Positions 19,351 through 27,172 of a stretch of 64,000 bases of DNA are shown here, one piece after another. The notes under the pieces are model-generated. The model was not told the origin of the DNA. It saw only the letters and a program-made list of their open reading frames with translations, and did not search any database. A program made the translations under genes and the position numbers. The stretch's first letter is position 1, and the number at the start of each line of letters is the position of its first letter. Origin of the DNA: Acidimicrobiales bacterium (GTDB lineage: Bacteria > Actinomycetota > Acidimicrobiia > Acidimicrobiales > Ilumatobacteraceae); contig JBBRTJ010000001.1 in assembly GCA_038244535.1 (NCBI GenBank), positions 10,861 to 74,860 of the forward strand, in the 5' to 3' direction.

Positions 19351-20394
19351 TCAGCCGCCGATCTGGCTCATGGACTTGGTGGGGCGGATGAAGTGGACCT
19401 GACCGATGCTGTGCCCGGCCCACTTCGTCCCCACCGCCCGCACGATCTCGGCGTGGACGTCGTCGTCGCTGCCACCGCTGCGGATGATGGCCCGCAGGTC
19501 GAACGAGCGGGTGGCGAACAGGCAGGTGCGCAGCTCGCCTTCGGCGGTCAGGCGGACGCGGTCGCAGTCGCCGCAGAACGGCTTGGTCACGCTCGGGATG
19601 ACGCCGACCATGCCCTTGCCGTCGACGTAGCGCCAACGATCGGCTGGCGCCGAACCACGGGCCGCCACGGGCTCGAGCGGGAACGCAGCGGAGAGCAACG
19701 CCACGATCTCGTCCTGGCCGACGACGGTTCGCTGCTCCCACTCGCCCTGGGCGTCGAGCGGCATGAACTCGATGAAGCGGAGCTCGACGTCGGTGTCGCG
19801 CGCCCACGCGGCCAACGCCACGATCTCGTGATCGTTGGTGCCCCGCTCGACGACGCAGTTGACCTTGACCGGGCTGAAGCCGGCCTCCTTGGCCGCTTCG
19901 ATGCCGTCGAGCACCGCGGCGAGTTCGTCACGCCGCGTGATGCGCAAAAACGTGTCGCGATCAAGGGTGTCGAGGCTGACGTTCACCCGGTCGAGCCCCG
20001 CGTCGCGCAGCTCGTGGGCCAGCAGGCGGAAGGTGGCGCCGTTGGTGGTGAGCGAGAGATCCGGCTTCTGGCCGGCGACGGGCGTGTCGGCCGAGGCAGG
20101 TACGCGAAGCCGGCTCAGCTTGTCGACGAGCACCGGGAGGTGGGCCCTGACCGTCGGCTCGCCGCCGGTCAGGCGAATGCCGTCGACGTTGCAGCGCTCG
20201 ACGAAGACCCGGGCCAACCGCTCGATCTCTTCGAAGGTGAGCAGCTCCTGGCGGGGCAGCCACTGCATGCCCTCCGCCGGCATGCAGTAGTGGCACCGGA
20301 AGTTGCAGCGGTCGGTCACCGAGATGCGCAGGTCGCGCACCGTGCGCCCGAACGGATCGACGAGGTCGCGAGGATCCGAGTCGGCCGAGTGCAT
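19351..20394 (-). CDS. moaA: GTP 3',8-cyclase (radical SAM)
   Basis: 347 aa. CNFRCHYC radical-SAM cluster motif and C-terminal CGDCDRVRLTAEG second-cluster motif. Confidence 0.95.
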   Translation of the reverse strand: MHSADSDPRDLVDPFGRTVRDLRISVTDRCNFRCHYCMPAEGMQWLPRQELLTFEEIERLARVFVERCNVDGIRLTGGEPTVRAHLPVLVDKLSRLRVPASADTPVAGQKPDLSLTTNGATFRLLAHELRDAGLDRVNVSLDTLDRDTFLRITRRDELAAVLDGIEAAKEAGFSPVKVNCVVERGTNDHEIVALAAWARDTDVELRFIEFMPLDAQGEWEQRTVVGQDEIVALLSAAFPLEPVAARGSAPADRWRYVDGKGMVGVIPSVTKPFCGDCDRVRLTAEGELRTCLFATRSFDLRAIIRSGGSDDDVHAEIVRAVGTKWAGHSIGQVHFIRPTKSMSQIGG

Positions 20395-20401
20395 GCCGAG
20401 A

Positions 20402-20428
20402 GGCTACGGGCGCCGCCCGCCCGTAGCC
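20402..20428 (-). promoter_or_regulatory. 11-bp perfect stem hairpin in the moaA leader
   Basis: GGCTACGGGCG (20402..20412) pairs with CGCCCGTAGCC (20418..20428) across a 5-nt loop. It ends 7 nt upstream of the moaA ATG and lies between a GAGGGGGAG stretch and the start codon. Confidence 0.4.
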
Positions 20429-20453
20429 ACTCCCCCTCGGTCCCACCACACGA

Positions 20454-20573
20454 GCAATCCGACGTTTTGACCGTCAAGTTCCCCGGAATGCGGGCAATCC
20501 GACGTTTTGACCGTCAAGTTCCCCGGAATGCGGGCAATCCGACGTTTTAACCGTCAAACTCCCCGCGACGGCC
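20454..20573. repeat. 40-bp tandem repeat x3 (two identical copies plus one diverged)
   Basis: GCAATCCGACGTTTTGACCGTCAAGTTCCCCGGAATGCGG occurs at 20454..20493 and identically at 20494..20533. The third copy starts at 20534 and has a few substitutions. Each copy carries the palindrome TTGACCGTCAA. Confidence 0.9.
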
Positions 20574-20577
20574 AGGC

Positions 20578-22356
20578 TCAGCCCTTGCAGAACGCCACCT
20601 GGTCATGGACGGCGTTGGGAGTGCTGTCACCCGTGGTCAGCAGCGCGTCCACCGACAGCGTGACGATGTACGCGCACTTCGGCAGGGTCGTGACGACGAA
20701 GCCGTTGGTGGCCGTGCCGAACTGCTCTCCGACCACCGGGGCCGGCAGGGTGAAGCCATAGGGCCCGCCCGGGCCGGTCAAGGTGATCGACACCGCCCCG
20801 AGGTTGGGGTGGGCGGCGGTGAAGAGCACGTGCAGCTGGTCGGCAATCCCGATGCAGCCGTGCGTCACGAGCTCGAGCACGTCGAGTGACGCCACCGCGA
20901 GCTGCCCCGACACCTGCGAGGGCGCCCACGACCCACCGTTGTTGACGTGGTCGTAGAGCGTGTTGTCGATGGCGAGCGTCTCGCACTCACCGGCGGCGAT
21001 CTCGGTCAGGGCGTTCCCGGCCTCTCGCACCCGAAGGCGGATGCCGAACAGGCGGTCGAGGGCGAACCCGGCGCCGCTGGTGCTGTTGCCGGCCGAGACA
21101 CCACCGACGTCGACCGTGCCCCATGCCGCCATGGTCGTGGTGGCGAGGCGGATCATGTCGAGGTTCGGCGTGAACAGCCCGGTCAACAGGTTGTTGTCCT
21201 GCGGCATGGCGATCCAACCCTGGGCGTCAGGGACCACGACGATCACGTTGGGTGCCGGAGATCCGTTGACCACGACCGACTTCACGTCGATGCTCATCCC
21301 GACGAGTCGCTCCCAGGTGCCGATCTTGGTGGCCGCGATCTGCGACGGCAGCACCGCGGTCCATGGGCCGGCGGGCAAGGCCCGCGTCTCGAAGCGGTAC
21401 TCGAGGGGCTGGCCGTTGCGGGTCGTGCCGATGGGACCGTTCAGGCGGAGGTCGGAGTAGAAGGCCCGCTGATCGGCCAGCGTCAGGCCGCTTCCAGCCG
21501 CACCGCTGTCGATGTCGACCTGGATGTCGAGCCCACCGATGAAGCGGAAGACGGGTACCACCTCGGTGATGGGCGGCTGGCTCTTGACGCACAGGTCGAG
21601 GCACAGGCATGGTCCGACGTTCTGGCGGCCGGGGCTGCGGCCCATGGACGGCGCCTCGGTGAGCAGCGCCGTACCGCCGAACGAGGTGACCGACATGTAC
21701 ACGTCGGGGCCGGGCCACAGCTCGACGTTGAGCCACGAGAAGATCGTCTTTTCGAAGTCGGCGGGCGCGTACCAGATGCGGTAGTGACCAGTCGTGTCGG
21801 TCATGGCACTGCCAAGGGCATCGTCTTGCAGCCAGTCTCGGTCGAAGGCCTTGACGGTGGCGCCGATGACGGGCGTGTCGGTGCCGCAGACGGTCACGGT
21901 GCCGCAGATCGACCACAGGCCGAGGTGGCCGAGGACGTAGCACCACGACCGCGAGGGGATCTCGTAGGAGAACGCGGCGATGGCGCCCTGCTCCTGCTGG
22001 CGCCACTGCGGTTGGAACGTGGTGACGGCGACCTGGCGCGGGCGGGGCGGCACGTGACCAGCGACCGTGCCGCAGTAGAGGTCGATGTCGAGCGCGCCGC
22101 CGCCGTAGCCCTCGGGCAACGCGACGGTGAAGGTGCCGTCGGCGCCGACGGTGCTCGTGGCCAGGAGCGCTCCGGCCTTGGCCGTCACGGCGTCGTCGTC
22201 GAGGAGGTGAAGGGTCTGGTTCGGGTCGGCGGCGGCCCGGTGGACGAGGGTCTCGTCGAGCTTGGCGTCGTAGAGGCGCACGATCGTGCCTTCGAGGAAC
22301 AGGTCGCAGTCATCGCAGGTGTAAGCGACGAGCCGACCCTTCAGTGTGTAGGCCAT
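20578..22356 (-). CDS. hypothetical Cys-rich 592-aa protein with transthyretin/CarboxypepD_reg-like N-terminal modules
   Basis: ATG 22356 preceded by AAGGAG at 5-nt spacing. Clean long ORF, no signal peptide. Two short beta-sandwich-like modules (GTIVRLYD...ADGTFTV; VIGATVKAFD...DTTGHYRIWY). I recognised no catalytic motif. Confidence 0.8.
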   Translation of the reverse strand: MAYTLKGRLVAYTCDDCDLFLEGTIVRLYDAKLDETLVHRAAADPNQTLHLLDDDAVTAKAGALLATSTVGADGTFTVALPEGYGGGALDIDLYCGTVAGHVPPRPRQVAVTTFQPQWRQQEQGAIAAFSYEIPSRSWCYVLGHLGLWSICGTVTVCGTDTPVIGATVKAFDRDWLQDDALGSAMTDTTGHYRIWYAPADFEKTIFSWLNVELWPGPDVYMSVTSFGGTALLTEAPSMGRSPGRQNVGPCLCLDLCVKSQPPITEVVPVFRFIGGLDIQVDIDSGAAGSGLTLADQRAFYSDLRLNGPIGTTRNGQPLEYRFETRALPAGPWTAVLPSQIAATKIGTWERLVGMSIDVKSVVVNGSPAPNVIVVVPDAQGWIAMPQDNNLLTGLFTPNLDMIRLATTTMAAWGTVDVGGVSAGNSTSGAGFALDRLFGIRLRVREAGNALTEIAAGECETLAIDNTLYDHVNNGGSWAPSQVSGQLAVASLDVLELVTHGCIGIADQLHVLFTAAHPNLGAVSITLTGPGGPYGFTLPAPVVGEQFGTATNGFVVTTLPKCAYIVTLSVDALLTTGDSTPNAVHDQVAFCKG

Positions 22357-22429
22357 GGGGGGACTCCTTGTTCGACGGGCGGCGGTGCCCGCGTCTCACA
22401 AGAGGTCGCGCGTCAGGCGCTGATACGCC

Positions 22430-23683
22430 TCACAGGTCGAGGATCATCACCGAGACGTCGCCACCGGCCGCCACGCCGTCGCCGTCGGGTAGTAGCGCCA
22501 AGCCGTTGGCAGCCGAGGTGGCCGCGAGCTGGTGGCTGCCCTGAGCCCCCGTCGAGCGCACGTGCCAGCGGCCGTCGGGGGCAAACGCGCCGAACACCCG
22601 AACCAGGTGGAGCTTGCCGTCCGGCCGCCGCCGCAACGGCTCGTCGGCCACGGCCATGGTGGTGGGGCGATCGAGCTGTTGGTGACCCATCAGCTTGCGC
22701 AGCGCCGGGCGGGCGAGCACCTCGAACGACACGAGTGAGCTGACCGGGTTGCCGGGCAGGCCGAAGACCGGCACCTCACCCTCTGGGCCTTCGATCACGC
22801 CGAACGCAAAGGGCTTGGCCGGCTTGATGGCGATCTGCATCCAGCGCATCGTTCCGAGGCGATCGAGGACCACCTTGATGAGGTCGAAGTCGCCCATGCT
22901 CACGCCACCGCTCGTGACGATGGCGTCGCAGCTCGACACTGCGCTCTCGATGGCGTCGGTGATCAGGTCTTCGTCGTCGCGCACCAGGCCCAGGTCGACC
23001 GGCAGGCACCCGGCCTGGCGCACGAGGCCGAGCAACATCGTGCGGTTCGACTCGCGGATCTGGCCGGGCTCGAGCGGCCCGTCGCCCTCGATCAGCTCGT
23101 CGCCGGTGCTCAGCACCCCGACGCGCGCCTGGGGCACGACCGGGAGCCTCACGACCCCGAGCGAGGCCAACACGCCCAGGTGACTCGGGCGCAGCACGGT
23201 GCCCGCTTCGAGCACGACATCACCGATCCCGATGTCGCTGCCCGCCCGCCTGACCGCATCGCCTGCACTGACGCCATGGCCGAGGCGCACGCGGCTCCCG
23301 CCATCGAGCGGTTCGGACTCCTCGACCATCACGACGGCATCGGCCCCGGGAGGCATCGGCGCGCCCGTCATGATCCGCACGCACGTGCGGGCCGTGACCA
23401 TGAGGCTTGGTGGCGCGCCGGCGGCCAGGGTGCCGACCACGGTGAGCTCGACGGGTGACTCGTCGGCGCCGGTGGTGTCGGCCGCCTGCACGGCGAAGCC
23501 GTCGACGGCGGAGTTGGCGAACGGCGGCACCTCCTCGTGGGCCACGACCGCCTCGGCGATCACGCACCCGAGCGCTTCGTTGAGGGGCACGGCGGTGGGC
23601 GCCAGCGCAGTGACGGCATCGAGCACGTACAGGCGGGCCTCGTCGAGAGGGATCACGACGGCGACGGTAGTGGCACGATGCAT
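22430..23683 (-). CDS. moeA: molybdopterin molybdotransferase
   Basis: ORF 22430..24001 trimmed to ATG 23683. MoeA pattern: PPFANSAVDGFAV, RIMTGAPMP, TSGGVSMGDFD, GLPGNPVSS. Confidence 0.92.
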   Translation of the reverse strand: MHRATTVAVVIPLDEARLYVLDAVTALAPTAVPLNEALGCVIAEAVVAHEEVPPFANSAVDGFAVQAADTTGADESPVELTVVGTLAAGAPPSLMVTARTCVRIMTGAPMPPGADAVVMVEESEPLDGGSRVRLGHGVSAGDAVRRAGSDIGIGDVVLEAGTVLRPSHLGVLASLGVVRLPVVPQARVGVLSTGDELIEGDGPLEPGQIRESNRTMLLGLVRQAGCLPVDLGLVRDDEDLITDAIESAVSSCDAIVTSGGVSMGDFDLIKVVLDRLGTMRWMQIAIKPAKPFAFGVIEGPEGEVPVFGLPGNPVSSLVSFEVLARPALRKLMGHQQLDRPTTMAVADEPLRRRPDGKLHLVRVFGAFAPDGRWHVRSTGAQGSHQLAATSAANGLALLPDGDGVAAGGDVSVMILDL

Positions 23684-23685
23684 CG

Positions 23686-24222
23686 ATGGCGCAGGGAGAG
23701 GTGACGGGTCGCTGGGCTTCGTCGGACGGCCAGAGCACCGAGGAGCTACGGGTCCGCTTCGAGCACGGCGGGTGGACGGCCGAGGGCGTCGCCAGCGGCG
23801 CCGACGTCCACTACGCGCTCCGCTTCGACGCCGCCTGGTCACTGCGCCAGCTCCTGGTCTTCCGCGACCTCGACGAGCCGGACCTGTGGCTCGGCACCGA
23901 CGGCACCGGTGCGTGGGGCGAGGTGCGCGGGGCGCGCCGGCCCGACCTCGAGGGTTGCGCCGGCGTCCACCTGACCATCTCGCCGTTCCCGCTGGCCTCA
24001 CTCGCCATCACCTGGGCCGACCATCCCGCCCGTCGAGGCGAGGTGCTGGTAGCCGAGGTCGACGTCGAGTCGCTCGGCGTCGTGGCCACCACGGCCCGAT
24101 GGGAGCGCCGCGGGCGGGCTTGGTCGGTGACCACCGGCGACGGCGCCGTCGAGCACCGCTTCGAGCTGGACGACGACGGCTTGCCCGGCGACGTCGAGGG
24201 GCGCTTCCGCCGCCTCAGGTGA
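23686..24222 (+). CDS. putative glycolipid-binding domain protein (DUF1089-like)
   Basis: 178 aa. The pattern YALRFDAAW...DGTGAW...LEGCAGVHLTISPFPLA...DDDGLPGDVEGRF resembles that family. Its start lies 2 nt from the divergent moeA start. Confidence 0.65.
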   Translation: MAQGEVTGRWASSDGQSTEELRVRFEHGGWTAEGVASGADVHYALRFDAAWSLRQLLVFRDLDEPDLWLGTDGTGAWGEVRGARRPDLEGCAGVHLTISPFPLASLAITWADHPARRGEVLVAEVDVESLGVVATTARWERRGRAWSVTTGDGAVEHRFELDDDGLPGDVEGRFRRLR

Positions 24223-24676
24223 GCTCGTACAGCACGTCCGGCTGGCCCTCCTCGTTGCCGCTGCCGTCGCCGAACTCGAGGGCGACGAAGCCCCGGGCCT
24301 CGTAGAACCGGCGGGCGCGGGCGTTGGCCGTGAACGTGTAGAGGCGGACCGGCCTCGGCAGCCGGGTCAGCGCCTCGCTCAACAGGGCACTGCCGAAGCC
24401 GGCGCCGAGGCGGTCGGGGGCGACGTACAGCGCGTCGATCCAGGCGACACCGTCGTGCACCGTGGTGGCCGCCATCGCGCCGATCGGTGCCTCGGCCGTC
24501 AAGCCATCGAGGGCGACGATGACCTCGGGCGGACCCTCGATCAGACCGGCGATCCAGCCGCGTACCTCGTCGTCGGTGTGGGCGAGCGTCGCCGGAACAT
24601 GAGCCTTGAACGATGCCAGGTAGACCGCCGCCACCGCCTCGGCGTCGGCGGTGGTCGCGGCGCGCACGATCATCAC
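24215..24676 (-). CDS. GNAT-family N-acetyltransferase
   Basis: 153 aa. Acetyl-CoA binding region RLGAGFGSALL...ARRFYEARGF. It overlaps the galU stop by 4 nt. Confidence 0.8.
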   Translation of the reverse strand: MMIVRAATTADAEAVAAVYLASFKAHVPATLAHTDDEVRGWIAGLIEGPPEVIVALDGLTAEAPIGAMAATTVHDGVAWIDALYVAPDRLGAGFGSALLSEALTRLPRPVRLYTFTANARARRFYEARGFVALEFGDGSGNEEGQPDVLYELT

Positions 24677-25554
24677 AGGCCGCGGCGCCGCACGATCTCC
24701 ATCAGCGCTTCGCGAAAGGGCCCACCAAGCTCGGGGTGATCGATCGCCACCTCGACCGTGGCTCGCAGCCAGTCGAGCTTGTTGCCGGTGTCGAAGCGGC
24801 CGGTGGTGAACGGCAAACCAAAGAACGGCTCGCGCGTGAGCAGCAGCGCCATCGCATCGGTGAGCTGGATCTCGCCGCCGGCACCAGGCGGCACCGACTC
24901 GATGCAGTCGAACACACCCGGGTTGAGCAGGTAGCGCCCCATGATGGCAAGGTCGCTCGGGGCATCGGCAGCCTTGGGCTTCTCGACCATGCCGGCCAGG
25001 GGAACGAGCCCGTCTTCACGGGTCGGCCCGGCGGGCGCCACCACCCCGTAGAGGCTGATCTGGTCGGGCGGGAAGGTCTTGAGCGCGATGACCGAGCCGC
25101 CGGTGCGCTCGTTGGCGTCGGCCATGTCGGACAGCAGCGTCGAGCCCTCGGCCATGAGGTCGTCGGGGAGCAGCACGGCGAACGGCTCGTCGCCCACGAA
25201 CGCCTTGCCCATGAGCACGGCGTGGCCGAGCCCCCGGGGGAACGGCTGGCGCACGAAGTGGATCTTGGCCATCTCAGAGATCGCTCGGAGCCGATCGATC
25301 TCGGCGTGCCGGCCGGATGCCTCGAGCGAGGCCTCGAGTTCGGGCGAGCGATCGAAGTGATCCTCGACGGCCTTCTTCGAGCGGCCCGTGACGATGAGGA
25401 TCTCGGTGATCCCGGCATGCACGGCCTCCTCCACCACCCACTGGATGCCGGGCTTGTCGACCAGGGGCAGCAGCTCCTTCGGGACGGCCTTGGTGGCAGG
25501 CAGGAAGCGGGTGCCGAGGCCGGCGGCGGGGATGATGGCTTTGCGGGCACGCAT
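24673..25554 (-). CDS. galU: UTP--glucose-1-phosphate uridylyltransferase
   Basis: 293 aa. AIIPAAGLGTRFLPATKAVPKELLP and VEKP motifs. Confidence 0.95.
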   Translation of the reverse strand: MRARKAIIPAAGLGTRFLPATKAVPKELLPLVDKPGIQWVVEEAVHAGITEILIVTGRSKKAVEDHFDRSPELEASLEASGRHAEIDRLRAISEMAKIHFVRQPFPRGLGHAVLMGKAFVGDEPFAVLLPDDLMAEGSTLLSDMADANERTGGSVIALKTFPPDQISLYGVVAPAGPTREDGLVPLAGMVEKPKAADAPSDLAIMGRYLLNPGVFDCIESVPPGAGGEIQLTDAMALLLTREPFFGLPFTTGRFDTGNKLDWLRATVEVAIDHPELGGPFREALMEIVRRRGL

Positions 25555-25667
25555 GGCATCGACGTTACGGCCATGAGCCCCCTGGCTCGCACCGAGGGCC
25601 GATCGGTCGGTAGCCTTAGCAGTCGACCGTTACGAGTGCTAACTGCGACACGCCCCCGGAGATTGCG

Positions 25668-26138
25668 ATGCCGACCTACGTCTACCGCTTCGTCCACAGC
25701 GACGAGACCATCGAGGTGCAGCAGGCGTTCAGCGACGACACCCTCACCGAGGCCACGCACCCCGTCGATGGCACGATGCGGGCCGTCCGCAAGGTGTTCA
25801 CCCCGGTCGGCGTGGCGTTCAAGGGCAGCGGCTTCTACAAGACCGACTCCAAGGGCGGCTCGAAGAGCTCCTCGACCTCCGCCTCGTCGACGTCGTCGTC
25901 AGAATCGGGCTCGGGCAGCAGCACGCCGGCCGCCACACCCGCATCAACCTCGGACAGCTCGTCGAGCGGGTCATCGGGCGCCTCGAACGGCTCGCCGGGC
26001 GGGTCATCAGGATCGGGCGGCTCATCAGGATCGACCAGCTCACCGAGCACCACCCCCTCCAGCACGGGCAGTTCGGGCACCGCGCCGTCGAGCGCCGTTC
26101 ACACCCACCGCCACGGCGGTGGGTCGCACTCGCACTGA
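25668..26138 (+). CDS. FmdB-like small protein lacking the zinc-ribbon cysteines, with a Ser/Gly-rich tail
   Basis: N-terminus MPTYVYRF...VQQAFSDDTLTE...RKVFTPVGVAFKGSGFYKTDSK matches the FmdB family frame, but all four Cys positions are substituted. The tail is about 90 aa of S/G/T low complexity and ends HTHRHGGGSHSH. Confidence 0.7.
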   Translation: MPTYVYRFVHSDETIEVQQAFSDDTLTEATHPVDGTMRAVRKVFTPVGVAFKGSGFYKTDSKGGSKSSSTSASSTSSSESGSGSSTPAATPASTSDSSSSGSSGASNGSPGGSSGSGGSSGSTSSPSTTPSSTGSSGTAPSSAVHTHRHGGGSHSH

Positions 26139-26139
26139 C

Positions 26140-26889
26140 GTGGAGGCCCGTGCCGACATCGGCATCTTCGGCGGCTCCGGGTTCTATGAGTTCATGACGG
26201 ATGCCGACGAGATCACCGTCGACACCCCGTACGGGCCGCCGGCGGCACCCATCACGATCGCCACCGTCGCCCGTCGCCGCGTCGCCTTCCTCCCCCGTCA
26301 CGGGCGCCGCCACGAGCACGCCCCCGCCGCCATCCCCTACCGGGCCAACGTGTGGGCCATGCACCACCTCGGGGTGCGGTCGCTGCTCGCCCCCTGCGCC
26401 GTCGGTTCCCTGCAGCCCAACCTGCACCCTGGCGACTTCGTGGTGATCGACGACCTCGTCGACCGCACGTGGGGGCGGGCCGACACCTACCACGACGACT
26501 TCGCGGCGGGTGCCATCCACGTCGCCTTTGGCCGGCCTTACGACGAAGGGCTGCGTGCGGTGGTCTTGGCCGCCGGCCGGGCCATCGGGGTCACGATCCA
26601 CGACGGTGGCACCGCGGTGGTCATCCAAGGGCCGCGGTTCTCGACCCGGGCCGAATCCAGGTGGTTTCGCCAGCAGGGGTGGGCCGTGGTCAACATGACC
26701 GGCTACCCCGAGGCGGTGCTCGCGGCCGAGCTCGGTCTGCCGTATGCCGCCATCGCCCTGGTGACCGACTACGACGCCGGGATCGACGGCTTCGAACCAG
26801 TCACCCAGGACGAGGTCTTCGCCGTCTTCCAACGCAACGTTCACCGAGTGCGCGAACTGCTGATCGAGGCCATTCCACAGCTGCCGTAG
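26140..26889 (+). CDS. mtnP: S-methyl-5'-thioadenosine phosphorylase
   Basis: C-terminal part of ORF 24613..26889, taken from GTG 26140. IGIFGGSGFY, FLPRHG, VVNMTGYPEA, LVTDYD. Confidence 0.9.
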   Translation: MEARADIGIFGGSGFYEFMTDADEITVDTPYGPPAAPITIATVARRRVAFLPRHGRRHEHAPAAIPYRANVWAMHHLGVRSLLAPCAVGSLQPNLHPGDFVVIDDLVDRTWGRADTYHDDFAAGAIHVAFGRPYDEGLRAVVLAAGRAIGVTIHDGGTAVVIQGPRFSTRAESRWFRQQGWAVVNMTGYPEAVLAAELGLPYAAIALVTDYDAGIDGFEPVTQDEVFAVFQRNVHRVRELLIEAIPQLP

Positions 26890-26915
26890 TGGCTCCCGCG
26901 GCGGTGGCCCCACGC

Positions 26916-27062
26916 GGGGCCAGATCGGTTCTCGGTACCCTGCGTCGCACCCGTGCGACGGATCGCCGAGAACGAGCAGGCCCGGGGCCCGCGCCGGGGC
27001 AGACCGGTTCTCGGTGCTCGGCGTCGCGTCGGTGCAACGGATGACGCCGAGAGCCGAGTTCT
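26916..27062. repeat. two tandem, roughly 80-bp, imperfect copies of a hairpin-forming intergenic element
   Basis: Both copies begin GGGGC(C)AGA(T/C)CGGTTCTCGGT. Copy A has nested inverted repeats GTTCTCGG/CCGAGAAC and CGTCGCA/TGCGACG. Copy B has CTCGGCGTC/GACGCCGAG and CTCGG/CCGAG. Confidence 0.55.
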
Positions 27063-27172
27063 GTGGTGGTCGCGCCGGTGGTCGCTGTCGACACCACCTC
27101 GCCGAGGCGCCGCTAGCGTTGCCACTGCTTCCCCTTCCGGTCGCCGGCATCGGCTCGAACCTGGAGGTCCCC

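Noticed and set aside
20454-20573. The 40-bp tandem repeat as a CRISPR array.
   Set aside because: The units abut directly with no spacers, there are only three copies, and no cas genes or leader are present.
20395-20577. A Moco riboswitch upstream of moaA.
   Set aside because: I could not find the conserved core sequences I remember for the Moco motif, and most of the region is occupied by the DNA-level palindromic repeats. The question stays open only as a covariance-model check.
25835-26080. An acidic Pro/Asp/Glu-rich antisense ORF opposite the FmdB-like tail.
   Set aside because: It mirrors the Ser/Gly-rich low-complexity tail on the other strand. No independent support.
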